Assembly (NCBI GenBank): GCA_965368975.1
Contig: CBDUPA010000008.1
Span: forward strand, 200,416 to 264,415
DNA from: an uncultured bacterium
GTDB taxonomy: Bacteria; Acidobacteriota; Thermoanaerobaculia; Multivoradales; JAHZIX01
Length of the DNA: 64,000 nt
Reading direction: 5' to 3'
Made by a program: the position numbers and the translations under genes
Notes under the pieces: generated by a model
Seen by the model: only the letters and a program-made list of their open reading frames with translations
The model's database searches: none
What the model was told of the DNA's origin: nothing
In this document: piece after piece, positions 18,163 through 26,953 of the stretch
Layout: the number at the start of each line of letters is the position of its first letter
Numbering within the stretch: the stretch's first letter is position 1

Positions 18163-18723
18163 TCAGTCCTGCTTGTAGGGCAGGATATTGGTGAACTGAT
18201 ATTCCTCGACATAGCGGCCCTCGGCGGCTTCGAATTCGGTTTCTCCCCACTGCTCGATGGTCACGAAGTGCTCTTCGTCCTCGTGCTCGAACTCCCACTT
18301 GATCAACTCCTGCGGCGCCCGGTTGCCGTCCTTGTAGAAGTACCCGGCAACGCTCTCGTCGAGGTAGTAGGTCGTGCCCTTGTACGTGATGCGGTCGGGC
18401 GGATCGTCGTGGTCGATGATGTGCTGGCGTAGATTGCCGTCCAGCGCACCGATAGGGATCTTCTGGCTCCAACTCCAATCGTCGTCGTCTTCGCCTCCAC
18501 GTTCCAGGTACCGCTTCACGCGGCCGTGCGTCAGCTCCCACTCGTCGACGAACTGTTGGTCGAATTCATAGCGGTGGTACGCCGTCACTTCCCACGTCTT
18601 GTCGTCGAAGTCGAGCATGAAACCGACGCGCAGCTTGGGTAAGATCAGGTCGTGCAGAGGATCGATGGCCAGCTCTTCGTCATTGGCTGGCTTGGGGCGA
18701 CGGAAGAAATCGAACAGACCCAT
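18163..18723 (-). CDS. DUF4178-like protein
   Basis: MGLFDFF start; LRVGFMLDFDDKTWEV, PPDRITYKGTTYYLDE, TIEQWGETEFEA; first gene of the PspA-associated operon. Confidence 0.78.
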   Translation of the reverse strand: MGLFDFFRRPKPANDEELAIDPLHDLILPKLRVGFMLDFDDKTWEVTAYHRYEFDQQFVDEWELTHGRVKRYLERGGEDDDDWSWSQKIPIGALDGNLRQHIIDHDDPPDRITYKGTTYYLDESVAGYFYKDGNRAPQELIKWEFEHEDEEHFVTIEQWGETEFEAAEGRYVEEYQFTNILPYKQD

Positions 18724-18880
18724 GATTGAGTTGTACGGTAGCACAGGCGCTGGGTTTGAGAATTCGGATACCCGCGACCCTCGGATACCACTCGTCTCGA
18801 CGGTGACCTGTCGATTGAGGAATCGCGCCCGACTGCGTGGTAGGCTTCGAACAGTTCCATAGCTGATTTTCGGAGGGACC

Positions 18881-21241
18881 ATGCCTACTGCTATCGTCTC
18901 GACACTGCGCCGTTGGGCTAACTTGCTCGACGTTCTCAAGTATGCGGTGTTTCTTGCTCTGCTGCTGGCCTGGTTGCCCCTGACCGCCTACCGCTGGGTA
19001 CCGGGGCATTCGTTGCTGGGTGGCCTGTTCGCGCAACTGGACGGCTGGGGGATCTTCTGGGTGACCTTCGGGCTCTTTGCCAGTAGTTGGAGCCTCATGT
19101 CGTGCGTCGGCTTGCTGATCGACGGTGCGCAGGTGCGTGAGCGGGCCGATGCGACGTTCGAAGATTCCGTGACGTATGAGTTTCTGCCGGAGTTAGCGGT
19201 ACGATTCTTGAGCTTGCCGGTGACGCGGGGCTGGTTGCGCGCGGCGACGCTTTTCGCGGTGTTGTTGTCGCTGGTCGTGGTCCACGTGGGTTTGCTCGGT
19301 TGGAAAGGGCTCGTGCCGGCGGCAATGGGGTGGCTGTGCAGCTACTTGCTGATGGTAGCTCTGACGGTACCAGCGCAGCTGGTCGACCCGGAGTTTTCAT
19401 TGCTGCCACGCTCGCTGCTGGCGCAGCGCCTGCGCAGTGTGGCCGACGTGGAAGGCATGCGGCGCGTGGCGCGCGCTCTGCGACGGGCAGCGTCTTGGTT
19501 CTCATGGCGGGTGCTGCGCATGCATTACGTGCTCACCGACGGCAAGGGCGCGGACGCGGGGCGAAGGGTGCTCCAGACCGGGCACTTCTTGGCGTTGATG
19601 AACTTGCTGGGACTGAGCTTGTTGCTGGTGGCCGTCGGTGTCTCGTTCTTCCCGCCAACACCGTGGATCATCGACACCGAGCCGCCAGCGGCGGCGTATC
19701 TCTACTTGCTCTTGACGCTCAACACCTGGTTGATTCTCGGCCTCGACGCGCACTTGGCACGGCTGCACATCTCGCCGGTGCTGGTGCTCGTTCTCGTGCT
19801 GCTGCTGCGGCCGGACGCCGACCACTACTTCGACGTCCACGAGCAACTCGCTCCCGAGTCGCCGTTGACACCGGTGACGGTCGCTGAGTCGAGCCGTGCA
19901 GCGCGAAATCTGGTGGTCGTTGCGTCGTCCGGCGGCGGCATTCTGTCGGCCGGCTGGACAACCCTGGCGTTGCGCAACCTGATTTCGGAGCGGCCCCAGC
20001 TGGCCGAAGAGATCCGGCTTCTCAGCACGATCTCCGGAGGCTCGACGGGAGCCGCCTTCTTTCTCGACGGCGTCGAACAAGCGGGGGGTGACCTGAGTGC
20101 ACTGCAAGAAAGCGAGCGGCGCCGAGTGCTCGAGAACGTCTACTGCCGGGCGACGCATGGGAGCTTGAGCCCGGTCGCCTACGGCTTCGCGCTGGTCGAC
20201 TTCTGGCGCGTCTTTACCGGCCGTGGTCTGGACTTGCTGTTCACCGAGCGCTGGCATGGACTGGATCGTGCTCGACTGCAGGAGGACGCTTGGGGACGCA
20301 TCGCCGCCTACCAGTGGCAGAGCGCTGCAGGCGAAACGAGCCAGGCAGAGTGGGGGTGCCGACCCGCGGACGTCGAGGGACCGCCGCGCCGTCCACGATT
20401 GTCCAGCCTGCGTGCGGGTATTCGCGAGGGGCGCTTGCCGGCGCCGATCTTCAGCACGACGGTGATGGAGAATGGACACCGCATCATGCTGACGCCGATG
20501 GCGTTCGAGGAGCCTGTGCCGGGCCAGGGGGAGCCGCTGCAGCGGGCCCGTACTCTCAGTGGTTTTCTCGGCTACCACAGCGAGCCGACGCCAACTCGCG
20601 AGGCGGATCTGGACTTGTGGAGCGCGGCCCGTTTGTCAGCGACTTTTCCCTACGTCTCGCCAGCGGCGCGCGCACGGGTTTACGACGGAAAGGACGTCCG
20701 GGTACCCGAAGGGCAGCATGGCCTGCATTTCCTCGATGGTGGCTACTACGACAACTCGGGGCTGACGTCGACGCTGGACTGGCTCCAACCCGTGCTCGAA
20801 GATTTACTGCGTCGGGCTCGTGCCGGTGAAGCGGTCGAGCGTCGGGTGCTGCTGCTCGAGCTGACGCCGTTCAGCGCCACGGATTCCGAGAAGGTTCAGC
20901 CGGTGACCGGCGGCGTCGCCGCTTTGTTCGGCCCGCTGATCGGTGACCTCAAACTGCGCGAGGGCATCACCACCACGCGCAACGTCATCGAGCGAGACCG
21001 CTTCCTGGCCAACTGGAACCGTGAGTTCGCCCAGGCAGGGGTCGAGGTCTGCCTGCAGACGGTCACATTCCGTCCGCCGCCCGGTGCCGAGCAGCCGTTG
21101 TCCTGGCGCCTGACGCCGGAACAGATCGAGCAGCAGATCGCCACCTGGCCGGACATGGAGGGAGCGTCGGAAGAGATTCGCCGGTCGTGGCGTTCGGCGC
21201 TCGACTTCCTGAATGCGAACACCTGCCCCCTCGCTGGGTAA
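18881..21241 (+). CDS. Polytopic membrane protein with C-terminal patatin-like phospholipase domain
   Basis: GGAGG SD; many TM helices; VVASSGGGI oxyanion loop, ISGGS nucleophile, ARLSATFPYVSP, DGGYYDNSG. Confidence 0.82.
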   Translation: MPTAIVSTLRRWANLLDVLKYAVFLALLLAWLPLTAYRWVPGHSLLGGLFAQLDGWGIFWVTFGLFASSWSLMSCVGLLIDGAQVRERADATFEDSVTYEFLPELAVRFLSLPVTRGWLRAATLFAVLLSLVVVHVGLLGWKGLVPAAMGWLCSYLLMVALTVPAQLVDPEFSLLPRSLLAQRLRSVADVEGMRRVARALRRAASWFSWRVLRMHYVLTDGKGADAGRRVLQTGHFLALMNLLGLSLLLVAVGVSFFPPTPWIIDTEPPAAAYLYLLLTLNTWLILGLDAHLARLHISPVLVLVLVLLLRPDADHYFDVHEQLAPESPLTPVTVAESSRAARNLVVVASSGGGILSAGWTTLALRNLISERPQLAEEIRLLSTISGGSTGAAFFLDGVEQAGGDLSALQESERRRVLENVYCRATHGSLSPVAYGFALVDFWRVFTGRGLDLLFTERWHGLDRARLQEDAWGRIAAYQWQSAAGETSQAEWGCRPADVEGPPRRPRLSSLRAGIREGRLPAPIFSTTVMENGHRIMLTPMAFEEPVPGQGEPLQRARTLSGFLGYHSEPTPTREADLDLWSAARLSATFPYVSPAARARVYDGKDVRVPEGQHGLHFLDGGYYDNSGLTSTLDWLQPVLEDLLRRARAGEAVERRVLLLELTPFSATDSEKVQPVTGGVAALFGPLIGDLKLREGITTTRNVIERDRFLANWNREFAQAGVEVCLQTVTFRPPPGAEQPLSWRLTPEQIEQQIATWPDMEGASEEIRRSWRSALDFLNANTCPLAG

Positions 21242-21261
21242 CGTCGGCGCACGAGGTGGTG

Positions 21262-22923
21262 ATGCAGGCCGGCCAGCCTGACGTTGGGTCGCAGGTCGGA
21301 CTCTCCAGAGCCGACGGGCTGCCGAGTTGGCAGAGCTGGCTGTTCGCCCTGTGCGGCGCCGGATTCGCCGTTGCCGGGATACATGTCCTGCGCGCCAACG
21401 ATCTGGCCGGCGTCCTGACGCTGTTGATCCCACCAACGGCGGCGCTGGCGTGGGGCGCCGAACGGCACCCCGGTGGCAGGTCGCTGGGGCGCCTCCTGGG
21501 TGGGCTCGGGGTTGCACTCGCCCTCCTGGTGCTGGTGGGCACTCGCTCGCGGGGCGGCCTGCTGAGCCTGGTCGTGGCCTTCGTCGTGTTCGCGGTCCTG
21601 CGGCTGGTCTGGACGCGTCGGCGCGGGCTCTTGGCCTTGCTGGCGACGGTGGGTGGAGGCGCACTGCTGCTGCTGCCAGTGTCGCGGCGCTGGTTGCTGG
21701 TGCCGTGGCTCGATGGCGTGCAGGGCCTGTCCTGGAACAGTCTGCTCACCGGGAGACCCGCGATCTGGTACCGGGCTGGCCAGGCGGCAGTCGACTTCTC
21801 GCTCACCGGCTTGCCGGACTTTGGCCGCCGGGTGCCTCGGCTCTACCCCTGGCCGGCATACCTGCAGCCTGGAGGAGGTGTGCGCCCGCCGGTCGAAGAT
21901 ACGCACAACCTGGCGCTGCAGCTGGTTCTGGACTTCGGCCTGCTCGGTCTGCTCGCTGGCGTCCTGCTGACCGTGGGCGCGGTGTGGCGCTTGCTGCGAG
22001 CGCGCCGGGCGGCGTGTTGTGCCCGAGACGGCAAACAAGATGAGCAGCTGAGACTGTGGACGGAGGGGCTGCTGGCGGCGATCGCGGGGCATCTGGTCTA
22101 CGGGCTGTTCGATGTGCTGGCGTTCGGGACCTTGGGCTTCTGGGTGCCTGTGCTGATCCTCGGCCTGGCCTGGACAGTGCCGGTACCAGAAAGGGCGCGG
22201 CAGCGAAGGCGCAGTCACCGACCCGTACTGGTGACCGCGACCGTCCTTGGGCTGGCGGTGGGGTGGTGGGCGAGCGTCGACCTGGCACGGCAGCGGGCGC
22301 AGCTGCGGGTAGTCGAGTCGCTGGACGGGGGGGCCGTTCCAGACGAGCTGGCGCGGCTCGACGGGATGTTCGACCGTCGAGCCCTTCGCGCGTCACCGTT
22401 GGCCTGCCGGGCTGACTGGTGGCGTGGGTTGGCGGCGCAAGCGGCGGGGCAGTGGGCACAGCGGGACGCAAGCTGGATCGACCTGGCGCGGTGTGTGCCG
22501 TCGATGCTGCCGCTGCTGCGTGCCGGTGCCGTCACGCCGTCGGGTGTCGCGCCCTCGGCAGCGCTGGCGCGGCGGGTGCGAAGGCATGTCGCTGAGACCG
22601 CGACTCCGGCAGCCCTGGCGCAGGTCGACCTCTGGTTGGCGGATGCCTTGGCGCTGCGTGACGAGATTCCGTCGGCGGCCCACCGCTACCGGCAGGTGCT
22701 GCGCGAGCGGCCCCGCGACGGCCAGATCTGGTTGCGGTTGGCTGGGCTGTCTGCCGAGACCGATCCTCGGGCAGCCCTCGACGCCTTCGAGCTGGCCTGT
22801 CGTTTCGGCGATCCCGGAGCCAATGCGTGCGTCGGTGGTGCCGAGCTGGCGAAGGACCTCGGGTTGTTCGAACGGGCCGGCCGGCTCCGGGCACGGTCGC
22901 GCTGGCAGTCGACTCGGCGGTAG
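21262..22923 (+). CDS. O-antigen ligase (Wzy_C)-like membrane protein with TPR-like C-terminus
   Basis: TRSRGGLL, R.AIW, DTHNLALQLVLDFGLLGL motifs; helical-repeat tail. Start uncertain (GAGGT precedes ATG 21262). Confidence 0.72.
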   Translation: MQAGQPDVGSQVGLSRADGLPSWQSWLFALCGAGFAVAGIHVLRANDLAGVLTLLIPPTAALAWGAERHPGGRSLGRLLGGLGVALALLVLVGTRSRGGLLSLVVAFVVFAVLRLVWTRRRGLLALLATVGGGALLLLPVSRRWLLVPWLDGVQGLSWNSLLTGRPAIWYRAGQAAVDFSLTGLPDFGRRVPRLYPWPAYLQPGGGVRPPVEDTHNLALQLVLDFGLLGLLAGVLLTVGAVWRLLRARRAACCARDGKQDEQLRLWTEGLLAAIAGHLVYGLFDVLAFGTLGFWVPVLILGLAWTVPVPERARQRRRSHRPVLVTATVLGLAVGWWASVDLARQRAQLRVVESLDGGAVPDELARLDGMFDRRALRASPLACRADWWRGLAAQAAGQWAQRDASWIDLARCVPSMLPLLRAGAVTPSGVAPSAALARRVRRHVAETATPAALAQVDLWLADALALRDEIPSAAHRYRQVLRERPRDGQIWLRLAGLSAETDPRAALDAFELACRFGDPGANACVGGAELAKDLGLFERAGRLRARSRWQSTRR

Positions 22924-22953
22924 CGCTCTGCGACGGGTGCTAGCATGCTCCCG

Positions 22954-25347
22954 ATGCGCCCTTCGAAGACCCCCCTGTGCTTGGCTCTGCTCGTGGTTTC
23001 GCTGACTGCCGGAGCGGTGGCGTCAACATCGCCGGTGGCCGCTGGTGAGTGGATTCTCGACGCTGAGGCGGAGGCCCGTTATGCCCGCTTCCAGGATCTC
23101 GGTGACAAGGTCCACGGCGGTGAGCTCGTGGCCCACTGGCTGCCGGACGGTGAGCGCTTCTGGTTCGCCACCGGGGCGCCGCAGGCAACGGAGATCCTGC
23201 TGGTTGACCCGCGCGAGACGCCGGTGCGTCCGCGTCCGTTCTTCGACGTCGAGCGCCTGCGCCAGGTGATCGGTGCCGCAGTGGGCCATGAACCTCCGGG
23301 GCGCGGTGTGCCCTTCCGCGACTTCGTGATGGAAGGGCGCGGCGAGGACGCGAGTGTGCGGTTCCAGGTCGAGGGGCGCACCTTTCGGCTCCGGCTGGCA
23401 GACTACCGATGGACTCGGGTGCCGGCACTCTCCGCGGCCGAGGCCGCTCGCACGACACCCCGCATCGCGCGCGCACCGCGTTATGCGGGGGAGCCGCCGG
23501 TGTTCGAGATCCTGTCGCCGAAGGGACACTGGTGGGCCAGCCTGACAGCAGACGGCGTGAGCGCCGGTACGGGGGCCAGCGGCTCTGACCTGACTCTGCG
23601 CTCGAACTTCGACGGTCGCAGCCGGCAGCTGACCCACGACGGGGATCGACCGAACCTACGCTGGGACATCGCGACGGCGCTCTGGTCGCCCGACGGAGTG
23701 ACCCTGGCAGCGACGAGGCAGAATCTCGAGGGCGTTCACCGCGTACCGCTGGTGCACTGGCTGCAGCCGCGCGCGCAGGTCGAGTGGGTGCCGTTTGCCA
23801 AGACTGGCGGTGTCTTGCCACGCGAGGAGGTCTTCCTGGTCGACATTCTCTCCGGAGAGCAGACGCGCGTCGACGACGGCTGCAGCACGCCGTGCTACCT
23901 GTTTCCGGCAGCCTGGATGCGCGACGGCCGGGAACTGCTGATCCTGCGCATGTCCCGGACCTTCGACCGCCTCGATCTGCTGGTCGCCGACCGGGCTACG
24001 GGGGCGACGCGCGTCGTGCTGACGGAGACGTCGAACACCTTTGTCGAGGGCCTGGCTTTCCTCTACACCTGGAGGCACTTCGTCACACCACTGGCCGATG
24101 GCGAGCGCTTCCTGTGGCTCTCCGAGCGCGACGGTTTTCACCATCTCTACCTGTACGACCTCGACGGCCGTCTAGTGCGCCGGCTGACACATGGCGCCTT
24201 CCCTGTGCAAGCGGTGCAGGCGATCGACGAGGCGACCGGCACCGTCTACGTGCTGGCCCAGAGTGATCCGTCAAGGCCCTACGATTTGCACCTGGCGCGC
24301 GTAGATCTGGGCGCCACTGCCGGGAATCAGGACCGTCCCCGCGACGGCTGGCGCCAGCTCTCCGAAGCGCCCGGCCAGCACCGGGTGCAGCTGTCGCCGT
24401 CGAGAACGGTCTTCCTCGACACCTACTCCACCGTCACGCAGCCACCACGCACCGAGCTGCGCACCACGGACGGGAAGCTGCTGGCGGTGCTCGCCGAGGC
24501 GGATGTGACGGCACTCGAAGCGCTCGACTGGCCGATGCCGGAGCCCTTCGTGGTGCCGGCGGCCGACGGTGTCACCGCCTTGCACGGTGTGCTCTACCGG
24601 CCTTTCGACTTCGATGCCAAGCGTCGCTACCCGGTGATCGACATCATCTACAACGGTCCATTCATCACTTGGGCGCCGAAAACGTTCCTCGACCCGGTGG
24701 GGCAGAGCGCGCAGCGCCTGGCGCAGCTCGGTTTCCTCGTCCTGGTGGTCGATGGTCGCGGCACGCCAGGCCGCGGCAAGGCCTTTCAGGACGTCGTCTT
24801 TGGCAACTTCGGCCAGCATGAGATCCCGGATCACGCCGCCGCGCTCCGGGCGCTGGCGGCGACGCGTCCTTACATCGATCTGTCGCGTGTCGGCATGTTC
24901 GGCGGTTCCTGGGGCGGCTACATGACGCTGCGCGCGCTGCTCACGATGCCGGACGTCTACCACGTGGGTGTCGTGGTCAACCCGGTGGTCGATCTCTACG
25001 ACCACGGAGCTACCGACATCGAGGGCTATATGGGGTTGCCGGAACAGCGTCCCGAGGCCTACCGCCGGGCGTCGAACCTCGAGCTGGTGCCGCAGCTGCG
25101 CGGCAAGCTGCTGCTCATGCACAGCACCAACGACGTCAATGCGACCTTCTCGGCGAGCGTCAAGCTGATCGATGCGCTGATCCGCGCCGACCGTCACTTC
25201 GAGCTGCTGGTGCTGCCGGGCCAAGATCATTGGCCGCAGGGGGCCAGCAACGAGTACTATCAGCGCCGGCTCCGCAACTACTTTGCCGAGCACTTGTTGG
25301 CTCCTGATCCCAGGGAGGCTTTGCATGCCACAGCGACCTCGCCCTGA
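22954..25347 (+). CDS. S9 family (DPP IV-like) secreted serine peptidase
   Basis: Signal peptide; beta-propeller motifs (WSPDG, SERDGFHHLYL); DGRGTPGRGKAF; GGSWGGY nucleophile; C-terminal Asp and His. Start is 22945 or 22954. Confidence 0.93.
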   Translation: MRPSKTPLCLALLVVSLTAGAVASTSPVAAGEWILDAEAEARYARFQDLGDKVHGGELVAHWLPDGERFWFATGAPQATEILLVDPRETPVRPRPFFDVERLRQVIGAAVGHEPPGRGVPFRDFVMEGRGEDASVRFQVEGRTFRLRLADYRWTRVPALSAAEAARTTPRIARAPRYAGEPPVFEILSPKGHWWASLTADGVSAGTGASGSDLTLRSNFDGRSRQLTHDGDRPNLRWDIATALWSPDGVTLAATRQNLEGVHRVPLVHWLQPRAQVEWVPFAKTGGVLPREEVFLVDILSGEQTRVDDGCSTPCYLFPAAWMRDGRELLILRMSRTFDRLDLLVADRATGATRVVLTETSNTFVEGLAFLYTWRHFVTPLADGERFLWLSERDGFHHLYLYDLDGRLVRRLTHGAFPVQAVQAIDEATGTVYVLAQSDPSRPYDLHLARVDLGATAGNQDRPRDGWRQLSEAPGQHRVQLSPSRTVFLDTYSTVTQPPRTELRTTDGKLLAVLAEADVTALEALDWPMPEPFVVPAADGVTALHGVLYRPFDFDAKRRYPVIDIIYNGPFITWAPKTFLDPVGQSAQRLAQLGFLVLVVDGRGTPGRGKAFQDVVFGNFGQHEIPDHAAALRALAATRPYIDLSRVGMFGGSWGGYMTLRALLTMPDVYHVGVVVNPVVDLYDHGATDIEGYMGLPEQRPEAYRRASNLELVPQLRGKLLLMHSTNDVNATFSASVKLIDALIRADRHFELLVLPGQDHWPQGASNEYYQRRLRNYFAEHLLAPDPREALHATATSP

Positions 25348-25819
25348 CTCTCCTCCCAAGCCTGTCGTCGGGTGGCGCGAGTGGGCCGCCTTGCCCGAAC
25401 TCAGCGTACCGCGTATCAAGATCAAGGTCGACACCGGGGCCCGGACCTCGGCGCTGCACGCTTTCGACGTCGAGCGCTTCGAGCGCGAGGGTCAGCCTTG
25501 GGTGCGCTTCGTCATCCATCCGCTGCAGCGCGACACTGAGACGACCGTCGAGACCGAAGCGCCGTTGCTCGAGGAGCGCTGGGTGCGCTCGTCCAACGGT
25601 AAGCGGAGCCTGCGTCCGACCATCCGCACGACGGTACGCCTGGGTGAACTCAGCTGGCCGATCGAAGTGACGCTGGTGCGCCGCGACGTCATGGGCTTCC
25701 GCATGCTGCTCGGTCGGCAGGCCGTGCGCGCACGCCGCCTGCTGGTCGACCCGGGACGCTCCTACGTGCAGTCCAAACGCCGTGCCAAGCAGCCAGACTC
25801 CCCGAAAGGGCCGCAATGA
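25325..25819 (+). CDS. RimB-like retropepsin-fold protease (annotated family 'ATP-dependent zinc protease', RimK-associated)
   Basis: VVGWREW..LPEL...IKIKVDTGARTSALHA...RSSNG...MGFRMLLGR. Confidence 0.9.
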   Translation: MPQRPRPDSPPKPVVGWREWAALPELSVPRIKIKVDTGARTSALHAFDVERFEREGQPWVRFVIHPLQRDTETTVETEAPLLEERWVRSSNGKRSLRPTIRTTVRLGELSWPIEVTLVRRDVMGFRMLLGRQAVRARRLLVDPGRSYVQSKRRAKQPDSPKGPQ

Positions 25820-25857
25820 ATACCGGTAGTCTGTCGCGGAATCACATTCGTGCCTGA
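25816..25857 (+). pseudogene. Probable remnant of the rimK 5' end
   Basis: ATGA-coupled mini-ORF MNTGSLSRNHIRA* at the position where rimK (M-K-I-[AG]-[IV]-L-S-R-[ND]) usually lies. Confidence 0.45.
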
Positions 25858-26875
25858 GGTCGCGGCAAGTCGGGCCGCCTACAGCCGCTTTCCCAGCCTT
25901 TCGCGCGAGCGACCCGAAGCGATCCGTGTCGCCGAAGCGGTTGTGCCCCCTGGCCAACGCAAGCAGATCGACGTGCCCGTGGCGCGGCTGGTCACCGGCA
26001 CGTGGGCCTCGCTGCCCGTCGTCGTGCTCAACGGTCGCTTTCCGGGGCCTCGCCTGTGGCTCGACGCCGCCATCCACGGCGACGAACTCAATGGCATGGA
26101 AGTGATCCGCCAGGTGCTGGCTGAGCTCGATGTGCGCAAGCTTCGCGGTTCGATCCTGGCGGTGCCAGTGGTCAATGTCTTCGGCTTCCTGCACCAGACG
26201 CGCTATCTTCCCGATCGCCGCGACCTCAATCGTAGCTTCCCAGGCTCGGTGCGCGGCTCGCTGGCGTCGCGCTTGGCGCACCTCTTCCTCGAGGAAGTCG
26301 TGTCCAAGTGTCAGTACGGCATCGATCTGCACACCGGTGCCGCCCACCGCACGAACCTGCCGCAGGTGCGGGCGCAGCTGGAAGATCCTGAGATCCGCTG
26401 GCTAGCCGAGGCCTTCGACGCACCGATGCTCTACACCGCGCCGACGCTCAAGGGCTCGCTGCGCGCGGTAGCCAACAGTCGGGGCATCAAGATGTTGGTC
26501 TACGAGGCTGGCGAACCGCTGCGCTTCAACGACGACGCCATCCGTGTCGGCGTGCGCGGCGTGCTGCGTGTGCTCGATGCCCTCGGCATGTGGCCGGCCG
26601 ATGCCACCGTCTTGGCCGCCTCGCCCCCCCCTTCCTTCGAAGCCGGGGCCACGCGCTGGGTACGCGCCAGCCGTAGCGGCATCTTTCATCGTGAGACCGA
26701 GCTGGGCTCACACGTCGCGAGCGGGGACGTCATCGGCTATCTGAACAATCCTTTCTCCAGCTCGCGTCGCCTCAAGGTCAAGGCGCCGGCTACCGGCATG
26801 ATCATCGGCTTCACGCGCAATCCGCTGGTGCACCAGGGAGACGCGCTAGTGCACGTGGCGGAGCCGAAGACCTGA
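25850..26875 (+). CDS. Succinylglutamate desuccinylase/aspartoacylase (M14-like) family protein
   Basis: AAIHGDELNG, RYLPDRRDLNRSFPG, IDLHTG..RTNLPQVR, YEAGE, C-terminal hybrid-motif domain. Start uncertain. Confidence 0.9.
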   Translation: MPEVAASRAAYSRFPSLSRERPEAIRVAEAVVPPGQRKQIDVPVARLVTGTWASLPVVVLNGRFPGPRLWLDAAIHGDELNGMEVIRQVLAELDVRKLRGSILAVPVVNVFGFLHQTRYLPDRRDLNRSFPGSVRGSLASRLAHLFLEEVVSKCQYGIDLHTGAAHRTNLPQVRAQLEDPEIRWLAEAFDAPMLYTAPTLKGSLRAVANSRGIKMLVYEAGEPLRFNDDAIRVGVRGVLRVLDALGMWPADATVLAASPPPSFEAGATRWVRASRSGIFHRETELGSHVASGDVIGYLNNPFSSSRRLKVKAPATGMIIGFTRNPLVHQGDALVHVAEPKT

Positions 26876-26953
26876 CACGGGCGCGCCGCCGGGACGACGA
26901 TCTCCAGCCGGGTTTCAGGGCCGCCGTCGAAGAAGTTGCGCGGGTCAGGTAGG

